NCBI RefSeq assembly: GCF_006345805.1
Contig: NW_021835725.1
Coordinates: 1-39,713 of the forward strand
DNA length: 39,713 nt
Direction of reading: 5' to 3'
Source of the DNA: Octopus sinensis
Taxonomy: Eukaryota
The notes under the pieces are model-generated. The model saw nothing but the letters and a program-made list of their open reading frames with translations, was not told the origin of the DNA and did not search any database. This document shows, in pieces, positions 12,545 to 25,315 of the stretch; within the stretch, counting starts at the first letter, position 1; each line of letters begins with the position of its first letter. The translations under genes were made by a program, and so were the position numbers.

Positions 12545-13675
12545 TAGCGTGCTTTCACTTAACTACCGATCGCAGCTCTGTGTGTCTTGGGTATGTGCTG
12601 TAGTTTGTTGTGATGCTCTTATAGTTACTGTATTGAAAGTGTTTTACGTAAGATGCGTGCGGTGCCTAGTAGTGCTATTTTCTGTATGTTATATATATTT
12701 GTTAGTCCTGTTTTTTTTTATGTATTTGTCTGAATATTTTATTATCATACCTCATGCGCCCACCATGATAGGAATTGTGTTGTTTGTGTTTTGTGGCTAT
12801 TTGTATTAGTATTCCTTGCTTTTAAAGTAGGTATTTTTGTAGTCCCATTGCGATTATGTTGTAATAGTTTTGTAAGGCCTCTACCACTTTCTATAAGTTG
12901 TATATATAACTTTTCTATGTCACTATGTTACTTGTCTTCCTGTTTATTTTCATTAGTTCAGTTAGTGTCCAGTTAAGGATATTGTAGCTGTAACTTATAA
13001 CTGGGACGGCTAAAGTGTTCACACCTATTATCGTGTTTTTCGCATTGAGCTCCGTTTTCAATTTTAATCTAACTCATGTATAGTATTCGCTTTTTATGTT
13101 CTCTTTCATTTGTGCGTGTCCTTTCGTATCTGTGTCATTGATTCCTAAATATTTGCATGTCTAGCTTTGGTCTAATTCTCTTATTTCATTTGCTTTATCT
13201 AGTGTGATGTTGCTACTCTTAAATAGTTTTCCTCTTTTCAACGTTTCTTTGGCATATTTTCCTAAGCCAAATTTCATGTTTATTTCTTTGGTAAATCCAT
13301 GTACTGTCTGTAGTAATGTTTCCAGCTGTTCGTCATTTGTAGCGTATAGTCTTAGGTCATCCATATATAAGAGGTGGCTGATTGTTTCGCTGTAACATTT
13401 GTATCCGCATCCAGTTCTGTTTAGCATATCAGATAAAGGTGTCAGTGGCAAGCAGAAAAGGCGTGGAGAGAGCGTGTCTCCCTTGAATATTCCTTTTTTA
13501 ATGGGCATGGCTTTGGTTTTTATGAGCCCCTCTTTTGTTTGGAGCTGTAGCACTGTCTGGGATATATTCATGGCATGTGTTATATATTTTATGATTATGG
13601 GTGTTACCATGTTCATGGCTAGTGTTTCCAGGATCCATGTACGGGGAATATTATCAAAAGCTTTTCGGTAATATA
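12545..13675 (-). mobile_element. R4/Dong-like LINE, 5'-truncated and internally deleted (RT domain plus C-terminus)
   Basis: ORF 13161-13751: YRKAFDNIP, GIFKGDTLSP, HLLYMDDLRLY (RT motifs); further downstream QKIALLGTARILRKTLSI at ~12635-12690. Confidence 0.92.
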
Positions 13676-13761
13676 TCATTATTTTTATTATTATTATTAA
13701 TATTATTATTATTATTATTATTATTATTGTTATCATTATCATTATCATCATAATTATGCTA

Positions 13762-13792
<31 letters not shown>

Positions 13793-13826
13793 TATTATAT
13801 TATTATTATTATTCTTATTATCATTA

Positions 13827-13916
<90 letters not shown>
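13676..13916. repeat. (ATT)n/(AAT)n microsatellite at the LINE 5' junction
   Basis: Read directly. Confidence 0.96.
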
Positions 13917-13917
<1 letters not shown>

Positions 13918-14530
13918 CATACATACATACAGATTTCACTGCAGAACACTCCCTTCGTTATCTGTCGCCTGCTGCAAAAACGAAGCAGAAAATAGTGCTC
14001 AAAGAATTTCGTAAAAATGTATATATTTATTGGAAACTCGTGTAGTATCTCGTTACGACAAAGTGCTTGAACTAGAGAAGTTCTTGTGACGGAGTGAAAT
14101 CTTAATTTCGAATAAGTGGATACATAAAGACATACACACGTACATATAATACAAACATACATACATACATACATACATACATACATACATACATACATAC
14201 ATGCATACACTGACGCTCAGACGTCGACACTCTCATACATATATTCATTGTACATATCTATACAATCGCCTACATGTATATACATACATACATAATACAT
14301 ACACACAAACATACACACATATATATATTCATATATAGATGTATTATTCAAATATTCTTTCATATGTATAGACATGTATATCAATGTATGTATTTTCATA
14401 AACACACACGCACATACACACACACGTACAAGCATATGCATACACACATATATGTATACATACTGGACATATGTGGATAAGCACAAACATGAAAATATGT
14501 ATATGCAGGGAGCCATATATATTCGTGTGT

Positions 14531-14721
14531 ACCGTTGGCGATTTTCTTTCCTCTTTCTTCCCTTCTCTGGATCTATCCTTCTCCTATGTTTCCGACGAAG
14601 AGCTCCGCTCGAAACGTTAAACCCTCCTTCTTTCCTTCTTTCCTGAGCGTCCACTAATACTATATTTGTTCCACGACCTCGTGTTTTTTGTGTTTTTTTG
14701 TGCTTTCTTGTTTGGATTAAC
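14531..14721 (+). mobile_element. Second PLE-like 3' end family, embedded in TA/CA microsatellite
   Basis: Pyrimidine-rich flanks around a hammerhead-like core; downstream ttcctgagcgtccactaatac resembles ttcccgagtgttaaactaatac in the GIY-YIG-linked 3' end at ~23127-23150. Confidence 0.6.
14588..14622 (+). ncRNA. Minimal hammerhead-like motif (U4C core variant)
   Basis: GTTT-CCGACGA-A-GAGC(tcc)GCTC-GAAA-CG-TT-AAAC: 4-bp stem I, 4-bp stem II. Confidence 0.5.
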
Positions 14722-14788
14722 AATGTATATATATACATATATATAGGTACGTATGCATGTATACGTAACGTACATATATGTTTTTATG

Positions 14789-14821
<33 letters not shown>

Positions 14822-14833
14822 GTATATATATGT

Positions 14834-14912
<79 letters not shown>
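14722..14912. repeat. (TA)n-rich microsatellite
   Basis: Read directly. Confidence 0.95.
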
Positions 14913-14916
<4 letters not shown>

Positions 14917-15439
14917 TGTGTTTGTTTGTAAGAACGTATATTGTCACACACAGCATTAAATCCACACACATACTTGTGAATGAGCGCATAAAAGTTTTAA
15001 CATTCCCAACAATCCTCATGTGAAGACTTGTTCTCTCATTATTCTGTTTACTACACAGCCTGTAGCCAGTGAATGTGGTAACGTTGGCAGAGGTGCAGGT
15101 AGCGTTTAAGTGATAAAGCTAGCAGAGCTACATTAAGATGGTGGAGTTAGGTAGAAGGTTATGGCGGTATTAGTGATGGTGGCATTGATGATGTTTGTGT
15201 TGATGATTGTGGTTGTTATTTTGGGGGGGGGGAGGGAGGCGGAGGAAGGGCATATATTGTATATATATACACAGTGGAGCCACGAAGCAACAGGTATAGC
15301 ACACAGCTATTAACAGGCTCGGTTTAGTGAGGTTCTATTTCCCTGCAGCTCTGAATTAACAAGTCCTTATGAAAAATACAGATATCATGCCAATTAAGCG
15401 AATCATTTTAATATGTATGCGCGAAAAACACCAGTACAA

Positions 15440-15609
15440 GTACACACGTACGTACATACATAAGGTACAAACACGCACACAAAGAAGCACAGACACACAT
15501 ACACACACGCACGCATTCACACACACAAACTTACACGCACTTATATACATTTATACAATTATACAAAATGTACTTTCATATGCAAGTATGCATATATATA
15601 AATATATAC

Positions 15610-15641
<32 letters not shown>

Positions 15642-15809
15642 GTATATATACATATATATATATATGTATATGCGTTTACATATATATACATACACATATA
15701 CATATATATATATACTATATAAATGTGTGTTACGTCTATATATGCATTTATATACATACATATACACACACACACACATATATATATAGAATATATATAT
15801 ATATAAATA

Positions 15810-15840
<31 letters not shown>

Positions 15841-15929
15841 ATATTATATATATAAATATATAATTATATATGTAAAATATATATAAATATATATATGTAT
15901 ATATATATGTATGTATATATATATATATC

Positions 15930-15970
<41 letters not shown>

Positions 15971-16580
15971 ACATACATGTATACTGTGTATAATAATATT
16001 CAAGTGTATATTCGTATACAAATATAATTATTGAGATATTTCATGTAGACACACAGACACACGCACACAAACCTATGTACATATATATTTATTTATACAC
16101 GCACGCACACACACACACATACACACACATATATATATATATATATAGAAGCACGTATTAAATGAATCTATATATACATATGCATACATGCGCATCCATA
16201 TGCAAATACTTGTATACATGTATAAAATTATTCATATTTGTGTGTGTCGATATATGCTTATATGCATGCATAAATATATTTGTATGCAAATATAATTATT
16301 TCTGGTGTATCTCTGCCCCTGTCCCAATTCCCTCTCTCTGCTCTCTCCCTCTTTGTCTGTTTGTCTCTCTCCTCTCTCTCCCCTCTCTTTCTCTGTGTCT
16401 TTATTTCTATATGCATACATACATACAATATATGTATGTGTATTATTATATATATATATAATATAGATATATATATATATGTATATTCATATATAATATA
16501 TATATATATATATTATATAATACATGTATGTATGTATATCTTTGTATATACAAATGCATACATACATACGCACATATATA

Positions 16581-16616
<36 letters not shown>

Positions 16617-16750
16617 ATATATGTATATTATATAGTATATTACAAATACCTACATACATATATATATATATATATGTATGTATGTATGTATGTATATATG
16701 TGTGTGTGTGTATGTATGTATGTATGTATGTATGCATGTATGTATATTTC
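15440..16750. repeat. Extended mixed TA/CA/TATG microsatellite field
   Basis: Read directly; source of the many YI/HT/CV ORFs. Confidence 0.92.
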
Positions 16751-17742
16751 GGTGCATGCCTGCGTGTGTATTTACACGCCGAACCTGAAATTGAAAGATA
16801 TGTTTTCAAGAAAAATAGAAAGAACATAAATATTGTTGGAGAGAAAAATTGAATATTTTTGGCAACAAATAAATATATGCAAATTGCGGATAAATACTTA
16901 ATATGATGGATTATCCTGGAGGGTAATCTTGAATTAAGTGACAATAATGAGATTTGGAAATGTTTCCAAGGAGACATTTTCTGTGTGTATATACATCTAT
17001 TTTGCTGGGTGTATCTGACTGTCGATGAGTGCGCTGACGTGATGTTACATTACGTACAAATATATATACACACACATACAGGCACAACCAAACAGACATA
17101 CACATATGCACAGAGTAACACACGGTTGTATATATGCACAAACACTTACATACCTACACAGGGACATGTAGCCTAGTGTGGTTGTTTGTACATATATACA
17201 CATATAGAAAAACAAACTTATAGACACTGATTCAGAGACATATACGTATGCGCGACGTGTCCCATAATTCCTAGAGAGACGATAGAATAAACTTTATATG
17301 CTGTTTTACCATAATGAAGTTCCTTTAGAATTCTTGATTCCGTAGTGCAATTAGTAAATATATACGTAAATACATATATACATACTCACACATACTGAAA
17401 CACAGAGGTGCACATATATAAGTAAGTAATGGATATGTATGATGTATGCGCTGTGTTTATATATATATATATATGTATGTATATATACTTACATGCGGAA
17501 GCGTACACACATTCACAGACGCACGCACACAAACGCTTGTACTTAAGAAATCTTTTAACAATCTTTTTGCACAAAGGCGTACTTTTAGTGTGACAAATGA
17601 TTATATACTTGAGAAATACATACATAGATAATCCATACGTACATACATAGATATATTCATATATACATATATGTGTGTGTGTGTGCGTGCGTGTGTGTGT
17701 ATATATATGTATAATATATATATATATATATATATTATATGC

Positions 17743-17744
<2 letters not shown>

Positions 17745-17790
<46 letters not shown>
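17745..17790. repeat. (AAT)n microsatellite
   Basis: Read directly. Confidence 0.95.
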
Positions 17791-17791
<1 letters not shown>

Positions 17792-18016
17792 TGGTACATC
17801 ACACGTATTGAGAAGAGCATTGTCGATGTGAGAACTATTACCACCCATGTATTTTAATTTAACTTTATTTCTATGAAAAAAAAAATGAACGAACTAGTGA
17901 GTTTAGTTTAATGGCCTACCAATGTATACTATGAGTTTCTTTGCCCTAGGAGTCGGGAAGACACTCGGCAAGAAATAGAAGCAAATTTGAAACAAGAAGA
18001 AAAACCCATAAATAAT

Positions 18017-18052
<36 letters not shown>

Positions 18053-18928
18053 AATAATAATAATAATAATAAAAACAATAATATAGTTGAAATTTATAGA
18101 ATAACAAAACACGAAGACAGGTTTATAAACAACAAGCAGGTGTAATAGTTTGACGCTGGAGAATGTGAGAAATTCTTTTACGTTATATATGTGTGTGCGT
18201 GTGCGTGTGTGTGTGTGTGTGCATGTGTGTGTGTTTGTTTGTTCTTGTGTGTGTATATATATATATATTATGTATTGGCAATAATAACATATACAAGTAT
18301 GTATATTATTACGCTTTAAATGTTCTTGATGCTAGTATTATTGTCCATGTCTTATTCTCTCAATCTCATCTCTTCTCATTTATGCTGTCGTTATTGTTGC
18401 TCATCTAATTTGTTCGGTATTTTATTTTTAATTTCAGCTAATTCTTAAATTTCTCTTCTTGTGATGTCTGAGAGTTTTGTTTTTTATTCTGTCGTTCTAT
18501 GAAACTACTCCATCTGGACCGAACAGATGTATGAATAATAGCAATTTAACCATAGACTTTCACAACTTTTGTATATTTAGTACTAATTTGTTAAAATTCT
18601 GTTTCACTTTTCAGAAAGAAGGATGTTATTTGCGGTAGATTTAACGGGTATTCTTATCTAATTGATCGACCATCTATTGGTTCTCTCAGGCGCACTTTCT
18701 ATTGGTGTTGTTGAAGGTAACCTTTTGTACATCCACATATCGATTATCATACAGCTATTTCAGAGATCGTCATCATTATCACAGTTATTCTTTCATAATA
18801 TTACCCTTAATGGTCCCGAATGGTCCCGTTATTTTCATGGCCACTCTCTTTTTAACATCCCACGATCATCATTTTTTTACGTAATTATTTCGATAAATAA
18901 GTTGTTATTAACGGACCAACAGATACCC

Positions 18929-19331
18929 TTTTACTCTTTTACTTGTTTCAGTCATTTTGACTGCGGCCATGCTAGAGCACCGCTTTTAGTCGAGCAAATC
19001 CACCCCGGGACTTATTCTTTGTAAGCCCAGTACTTATTCTATCGGTCTCTTTTGCCGAACCGCTAAGTGACGGGGACGTAAACACACCAGCATCGGTTGT
19101 CAAGCAATGCTAGGGGGACAAACACAGACACACAAACACACACATACATACATATAAATACATATATACGACAGGCTTCTTTCAGTTTCCGTCTACCAAA
19201 TCCACTCACAAGGCATTGGCCGGCCCGGGGCTATAGCAGAAGACACTTGCCCTAGATGCCACGCAGTGGGACTGAACCCGGAACCATGTGTCTGGTTAGC
19301 AAGCTTCTTACCACACAGCCACTCCTGCGCC
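18929..19331 (-). mobile_element. tRNA-derived SINE family 2, near full length
   Basis: Minus strand ggcgcaggagtggctgtgtggtaagaagcttgc..ccgggttcagtcccactgcgtggcatctagggcaagtgtcttctgctatagcc; 3' tail gaaacaagtaaaagagtaaaa. Confidence 0.92.
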
Positions 19332-19399
19332 ACAGATGCGAAATAAATATTCAACACGAAATTATTGTTCCGTCTCATTTAATAAATCATTAATTGAGT

Positions 19400-19615
19400 G
19401 TGGTGTGCCTGCTGAACTATTACCGCTCCGGCAAAAACTGCTTCGCAGCATTTCTTTCGACGTTATGTTCTGAGTTCAAATGCCGCCAGGGTCGACTCTG
19501 CTTTTCATCGTTCTGGGGTTGATAAAATAAGTACCGGTTGAATACTGGGATAATTGTAATCGACTTACACCTTCCCTCACAATTGCTCGCGTTGTGCCAA
19601 AATTTGTAGCCAATG
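19400..19615 (+). mobile_element. Degenerate SINE family 1 copy
   Basis: gttctgagttcaaatgccgccagggtcgactctgcttttcatcgttctggggttgataaaataagtacc. Confidence 0.82.
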
Positions 19616-19659
19616 CGTCTCAAAGTTATTCTTCCATCTTCCACAGTAAAAGTGTCGCA

Positions 19660-20365
19660 ATAAAACTGTTGTATTTATCGCATTTAATGCGCTACAAAAC
19701 GACACTTTTCCTTTATTTAGTATGTTACAAAATGACTGCTACGCTGCATATATTTAATGTGTTACGAAATGAATCTTCCGGCTTATTTAATACGTTATTA
19801 AACTACACTTACGCCACATTTAATCTGTTACAAAATGACGCTTCCGGTATATTTATTTCGTTGCAAAACAACACTACACAGCGTTTGATGTGTTACAAAA
19901 TAACATTTCAGCTTTATTTAGTGTTTTGCAAAACTAACCTTCTGCTTCGTTAAACGAGTTACAAAGTGACGCTTCCTCCTAACTTAATGTGTTACAAAAT
20001 GACAATTCTGCTATAGTTGATTTATTTCAAAATAACTCTTTCGCTTCATTGAATGTATTACAAAATATGACTTCCACCATATGTATAGCGTTAATAAACG
20101 ACACATCAACGTCATTTAATGTTTGAGAAAATAACACATCTGCTTCGTTTAATGTGTTACAAAAGTGACACTTATGCCTTATTCAATATATAATAAAATG
20201 ACTACGCCACCACATTCGATTGATGTATTACAAAACGACGATTCGGTCTCAATCATTGTGTTACAAATTGGCTGTTTCCCATCATTCATTTAGTATGTCT
20301 CAAAATGACGCTTCCTTGGTATTTATTGAGTTACTAAACGTCACTTCGGCCTCGGTTAATAAAAC
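19660..20365. repeat. Degenerate 33-bp tandem array (at least 20 units), consensus approx. atttaatgtgttacaaaatgacacttccgcttc
   Basis: Anchors (tta-c-aaaa) at 19695, 19728, 19765, 19798, 19831, 19864, 19896, 19929, 19962, 19995, 20028, 20061, 20094, 20127, 20160, 20194, 20231, 20264, 20301, 20334; 14 of 19 spacings are exactly 33. Confidence 0.9.
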
Positions 20366-20414
20366 ACTGTAATAGGAAAAAAATCCAGTAATGTTCTTGC
20401 ATCACAAACACGCC

Positions 20415-20488
20415 TGCTGCCTCTGCCGCTGTTGCTGCTGCTGCTGATACCACCACCACCATAACCACCACCACCACCACCACTACTG

Positions 20489-20540
<52 letters not shown>

Positions 20541-20676
20541 CCGGATTAGTATAATTGAGATCGAAATAAATACTTTACGATTTGCATGTCAATAATAATA
20601 ATAATAATAATAACAACAACAACAACAACAACAACAACAATAACAACAACAACAACAACAACAATAATAATAATAA
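20415..20676. repeat. (GCT)/(ACC)/(ACT) and (AAT)/(AAC) microsatellites
   Basis: Read directly; the AAT/AAC tract 20590-20676 abuts the next LINE. Confidence 0.93.
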
Positions 20677-22480
20677 GATCTGCTCTCAGGAGGTCAAGCA
20701 AATAGAAGTCTCCAGGAAAGGACAGAATTCCTAAGTTCTTGTTAAATACCTTCCAGAGAGTCATAAACTGCTAACAAAACTTTACAACAATATTTTGTAA
20801 CAACCTAGTATGATTTCCCCTTGGTTAGTTAACGGTGCAACATTCCTACTTCCATAAAAATGAAGAAACAAATGACACACAAATTTATAGACCTATATCC
20901 TGCTTAACAACAATGTTTAAAACATTAACATCCGTCTTGACTGAATATAATTATAGCTTTTTTAATATAAAGTGTCATATTGCCTAATGAGCAAAAAGGA
21001 TGTAAATGTGGGTCCTATGCTTGTAAAAATAAGCTACTCATCAATAAGATCGTATTAGAAAATTATCTCAAACGGCACAAAATCTTGTCGATTGCCTGGA
21101 TAGACAATAAAAAAGCTTTAGATAGTCTACCACATAGCTGGATTAAGAAATGTCTGGAAATGGATAAAATATCACCTACTCTGCAAAACTTTATGTCTGT
21201 AAGTATGAGTTCATGGGGACCACACTGACGTTCAACAGTGACAATAAGTTTCTGCATGCTGAAGATGTAAGATTGGTATTTTCCAGGGTGACTCCCTATC
21301 GTCACACCTCTTTTGACTTACCTTAATACCTCTCTTGAAATTGCTCGATGATATACAATACGGCCATAAAATGTTTGATAGATAAAAATATAAATCATAT
21401 CATTTACAAGGGCGATTTAAAGCTCTTTGCAAAAAATGACCAACAACTTCAAGGTTTACTAGCAATTGTAAACAATTCAGTGATGATGACATCAGATGCA
21501 ATTTGGCATCGATAAATGTGCAAGATCTACCTTTATCAAAGGAAAATTGACAGAAACATCAAATGTTAACCTTGACTAGCAGAATGTCAGAAAGGAGTTA
21601 GAGCCAGCAGAGAGCTACAAATAAATGTATTTGAAGGGAAAAGATCAGAAAAGAATGTTATCGTAGGTTAAGGGCAATACTCAAGACAGAGCTGAATGCA
21701 AGAAACAGGATCGAAGCGATCAATACTTTAGCCGTACCAATCGTGACTTACAGTTTCAATGTCATTAACTGAAATATGTAGTCTTGATAAAAAAAAAACG
21801 AAAATTGTTGACAATGCATTGAATGCACCACCCTAAGGCAGATATAGAACGAATTTACCTGCGAAGAAAAGAGGGTGGCCGTGGACATTTACAATTGGAA
21901 TTAACAATGGAGATCGCGACAGTGGGCCGAGACACTTACCTGAAAAACTCTCACTGGATGTTAAAACTTGTCTCAAAGCATGAAAACAAGAAAGCATCAT
22001 ACTCAGTGGCAAAGCAGGCAAAGGAATGTCTAAGTGATTTCCAAATACAACAAATTCCAGAACTAGACGTTCGAGAAACAAACACTGAAAAAGCTAAGTG
22101 TATGAAAACCCGTACTAAAACTGCTGCCTTAGATATTCTTATTCATAAATGGCAAGGAAAACTTCTCAATGGTAAATACCCAAAGATAGACCGATATTGA
22201 CGAAGCCCTTATCTATCAATGGTTAATATCTTCTAGCTTAAAATAAGGAACAGAAGGGTTTATCATAGCAGTCCAAGATCAATTCCTACCTACAAAATAC
22301 TACCAGGCCAACATATAAAAGAATGGCAGTAGCCCAACATGTCATGTATGTCAACAACAAAATGAAACCATTGATCATGTTGTCTCCTTGCGCAGTTTTC
22401 TTGGGCCTATAGAGTATCTCAACAGGCATGATTGAGCAGCACAATATATTGACTGGGTAATTTGCAAAAACCTAGACATT
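20677..22480 (+). mobile_element. R4/Dong-like LINE, decayed RT-to-zinc-knuckle fragment
   Basis: KSPGKDRIP; PNEQKGC..GSYACKNKLLIN; AWIDNKKALDSLPHSW; FQGDSLS; MHHPKADIERIYLRRKEGGRG; CHVCQQQNETIDH. Many stops and frameshifts. Confidence 0.92.
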
Positions 22481-23207
22481 TGTCGCACTAGTCCTTACCT
22501 CTCCAACATTACCCTCCTCACCGGCAAACGAGACGCGGCTTGGCTGACCGATTCGAAGGAACACCTCCGAGACATCCGACTCAGCAATAATACCGCGGTC
22601 TCGCGCCATTTCCGCTCTACCGGTCACTCTTTGCAACACCTGTCTGTGTTCGGATTGTCCTTGCACAGGGGCCATCCAGACTCCCGTTTCCGCCGGAACA
22701 GTGATTAATCTTCTCTCTTCGTTCCTTTGGGCCACATGGGCTCAACTCTCCTCCCCCTCTTCATTTAAACTCCTCTCTTCTCTCCCTCTTACACATACCT
22801 CCACCCACCCACCTTTCCTCTCTTGCTCCGACTCCTACTTCGTCTCTTCAATCCTACTTTCCTTCTCTCTTCTCTTCACTTCTACCCCCTTCTTCCTTCA
22901 CTCTCCCTTCATCGTCACCCCTCCCTCGTAACCCCACTTCTCACGCAATCCAACCCCACCTTCCCTATACATCCATGCCACCCCACCCCATCCCTTTATT
23001 ATCTCCCCTCCTTCCTAGATCTCCTGAGTGACCCCTCTGTCCGGCATTCGCCATGATAGATCGCTAGCGACTACACATCCTTTATTTTCTCTCCTGTTTC
23101 TTTCTGTGTTCCTTTCTGTTTAACACTTCCCGAGTGTTAAACTAATACATCTGTTTGTTGTCTAAACCACCTGTCTTCGTCTTTTGTTTTTTTTGTGAAT
23201 TCTCCCT
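22481..23207 (+). mobile_element. Penelope-like element 3' fragment: GIY-YIG endonuclease C-terminal half plus pyrimidine-rich 3' UTR
   Basis: Frameshifted translation TRRGLADRF / EHLRDIRLSNNTAVSRHFRSTGHSLQHLSVFGL..DSRFRR / EQ*LIFSLRSFGPHGLN (stop ends 22768) fits the PLE GIY-YIG tail pattern EH..H..RHF...R...EQ..I..L....P.GLN. Confidence 0.85.
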
Positions 23208-23675
23208 ACATATATATTTATACAGAGAGAGAGAGAGAAAGAAGGGGTGAGAGACAGAAAGAGAGAGAGTGCTTAAAGTTTATAGGGATCACCGTGCAAT
23301 GACTAATGAAACTATTATAATAATGGGGTATATAAGCCCTCGATGGAAAATAGGTTTACCGTACGCGAGGGAATTCGAACCTACTTCTACCAAGTGTGAT
23401 ACCGATTGCATTATCGAACTTACCTGCTTTTTTCTGTCAGATTTCATAACTATAATTAGTTCGTAGTTGTTTTTGTAAACAAACTTAAATGTGCTTTTTA
23501 CAGCGAATGGTTTTCTAAGCAGTGTCGATTTTTATAATTCTGTAATTAGTGATAATATTATTTTATAAGTTTAAAGCTTATAAAGATCCCCACCTAATGA
23601 ACTAACGAAAATGATAATGGAGAATATAAGACATCGGTAAGGAAAGGTTCGCTTTGCGTATGCGTGGGACAAACA

Positions 23676-24077
23676 GGTGTAGGTTCCAGTCCGTTTGAGG
23701 TGAGAAGCTTGCTTCCCACCACATGGACCCGGGTTCAGTCCCACTGCGTGGCATCTTAAGCAGCTGTCTTCTAATATAACATCTGCCCGACCAAAGCTTG
23801 TGAGAGAATTTGGTAGACGGAAACTGAGGAGAAGCCCTTCGGATATATACATATATTTATGTGTGTGTGATTATGTCTGTGTTTCTGTCCCACCATAGCT
23901 TGACAACCGATGTTGGTGCGTTTACGGCCCCGTAACCTAGCGGTTCGGCAGAAGAGACCGATTGAATAACGACCAGGCGTACAAAGAATAAAACCATGGG
24001 TTGATTTCTTCGACTAAAAGGTGGTGCTCCAGCATGACCTCAATCAAATGACTAAAACAAGTAAAACAATAAAAGAG
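23676..24077 (+). mobile_element. tRNA-derived SINE family 2 copy (diverged)
   Basis: ccgggttcagtcccactgcgtggcatcttaagcagctgtcttc..ttggtagacggaaactga..tgactaaaacaagtaaaa. Confidence 0.88.
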
Positions 24078-24094
24078 TTGCAGAGTATTTGTCT

Positions 24095-24104
24095 ATATGT
24101 CTAT

Positions 24105-24156
<52 letters not shown>

Positions 24157-24362
24157 TATACATATACATATATATATACAATATACATATATATATATAT
24201 ATAATATAATATACATATATGTATATATATACATATATACATATATGTATATATATAATATATATACATATATGTAATATATATATATATATTATTTATA
24301 TATATATACATATATATATAATCATATATATATATATACATATATATATATACATTATATAT
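24095..24362. repeat. (TA)n-rich microsatellite
   Basis: Read directly. Confidence 0.95.
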
Positions 24363-25133
24363 AGAGGGCATTATACATACATGCCAGAGGCATTATACAT
24401 ACATGCCACACGCTAAGAGGGACAATTAGTCATTTTCTACTACCAAAAATATTACTAATCCCACCGAATGCAATTTTTCAAGTAAGACATTTAAAAAATA
24501 GACCTTTCACAGTGATTTCATACTTACGTATCATCAGCAGGCCTGAATGTATTATAAATAAACACGACCCTGCCCCGCTTAAGTATAAGCCGATCAGCTA
24601 ACTGATCAACATCAACGAAGCACATGGGGTGAGTTTACATATATTACATCCGGATAAATGGCAAACTTTTACGAATTGCATTTCGGGAGAGGAAAAGTTT
24701 TTTCGGAATAAAAATTTAGCAATTTAATTGCTATATATATATACATATACACACACACACATATATATATATGTGTGTAGAGAGAGAGAGAGAAAGGGAG
24801 AAAGATAGATAAACACGTTCGCAGACACGCATACATATATATGTATATACGTTCCAGTTTCTGTGTGTGTTGTGTATGCATGCAGATACACATTTGATTA
24901 ACGGTTATGATTTGTACCATATCTACTCTAAGTCATTGTAAATTCTCGTAGGAAGTTGAACTCAGAGTAATAACTTCATGAATCCTCAAGTTTACACAAA
25001 TATTTATGCTCTAGAACGTGTACTGAGTGCATATCCTCCTGATTTTCACTTCGCAACATATGCGAAATGCATATACAGGCAACATAGGTGCATACATACA
25101 TACACACAAACACATATATACTTCTACATGCAC

Positions 25134-25164
<31 letters not shown>

Positions 25165-25262
25165 TATATATACACACACAGTGACACACATACACACACA
25201 CACATACAAATATGCTTATAGAAAACAAAAGATTGCAATAGAAACAAATAATATAAAAATAT

Positions 25263-25315
<53 letters not shown>

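Noticed and set aside
13676-13751. N-terminal MMIMIMITIIII of the RT ORF as a real start
   Set aside because: It is the flanking (ATT)n tract read in frame; the LINE is 5'-truncated.
19660-20365. CRISPR-like reading of the 33-bp array (and of the 184-bp array at 2371-3118)
   Set aside because: Eukaryotic context, no cas genes; variable parts are ~11 bp and mutually related, and the 184-bp units are SINE bodies without unique spacers.
24364-24408. 22-bp tandem duplication (and a 23-bp one at 25508-25553)
   Set aside because: Ordinary slippage next to microsatellites.
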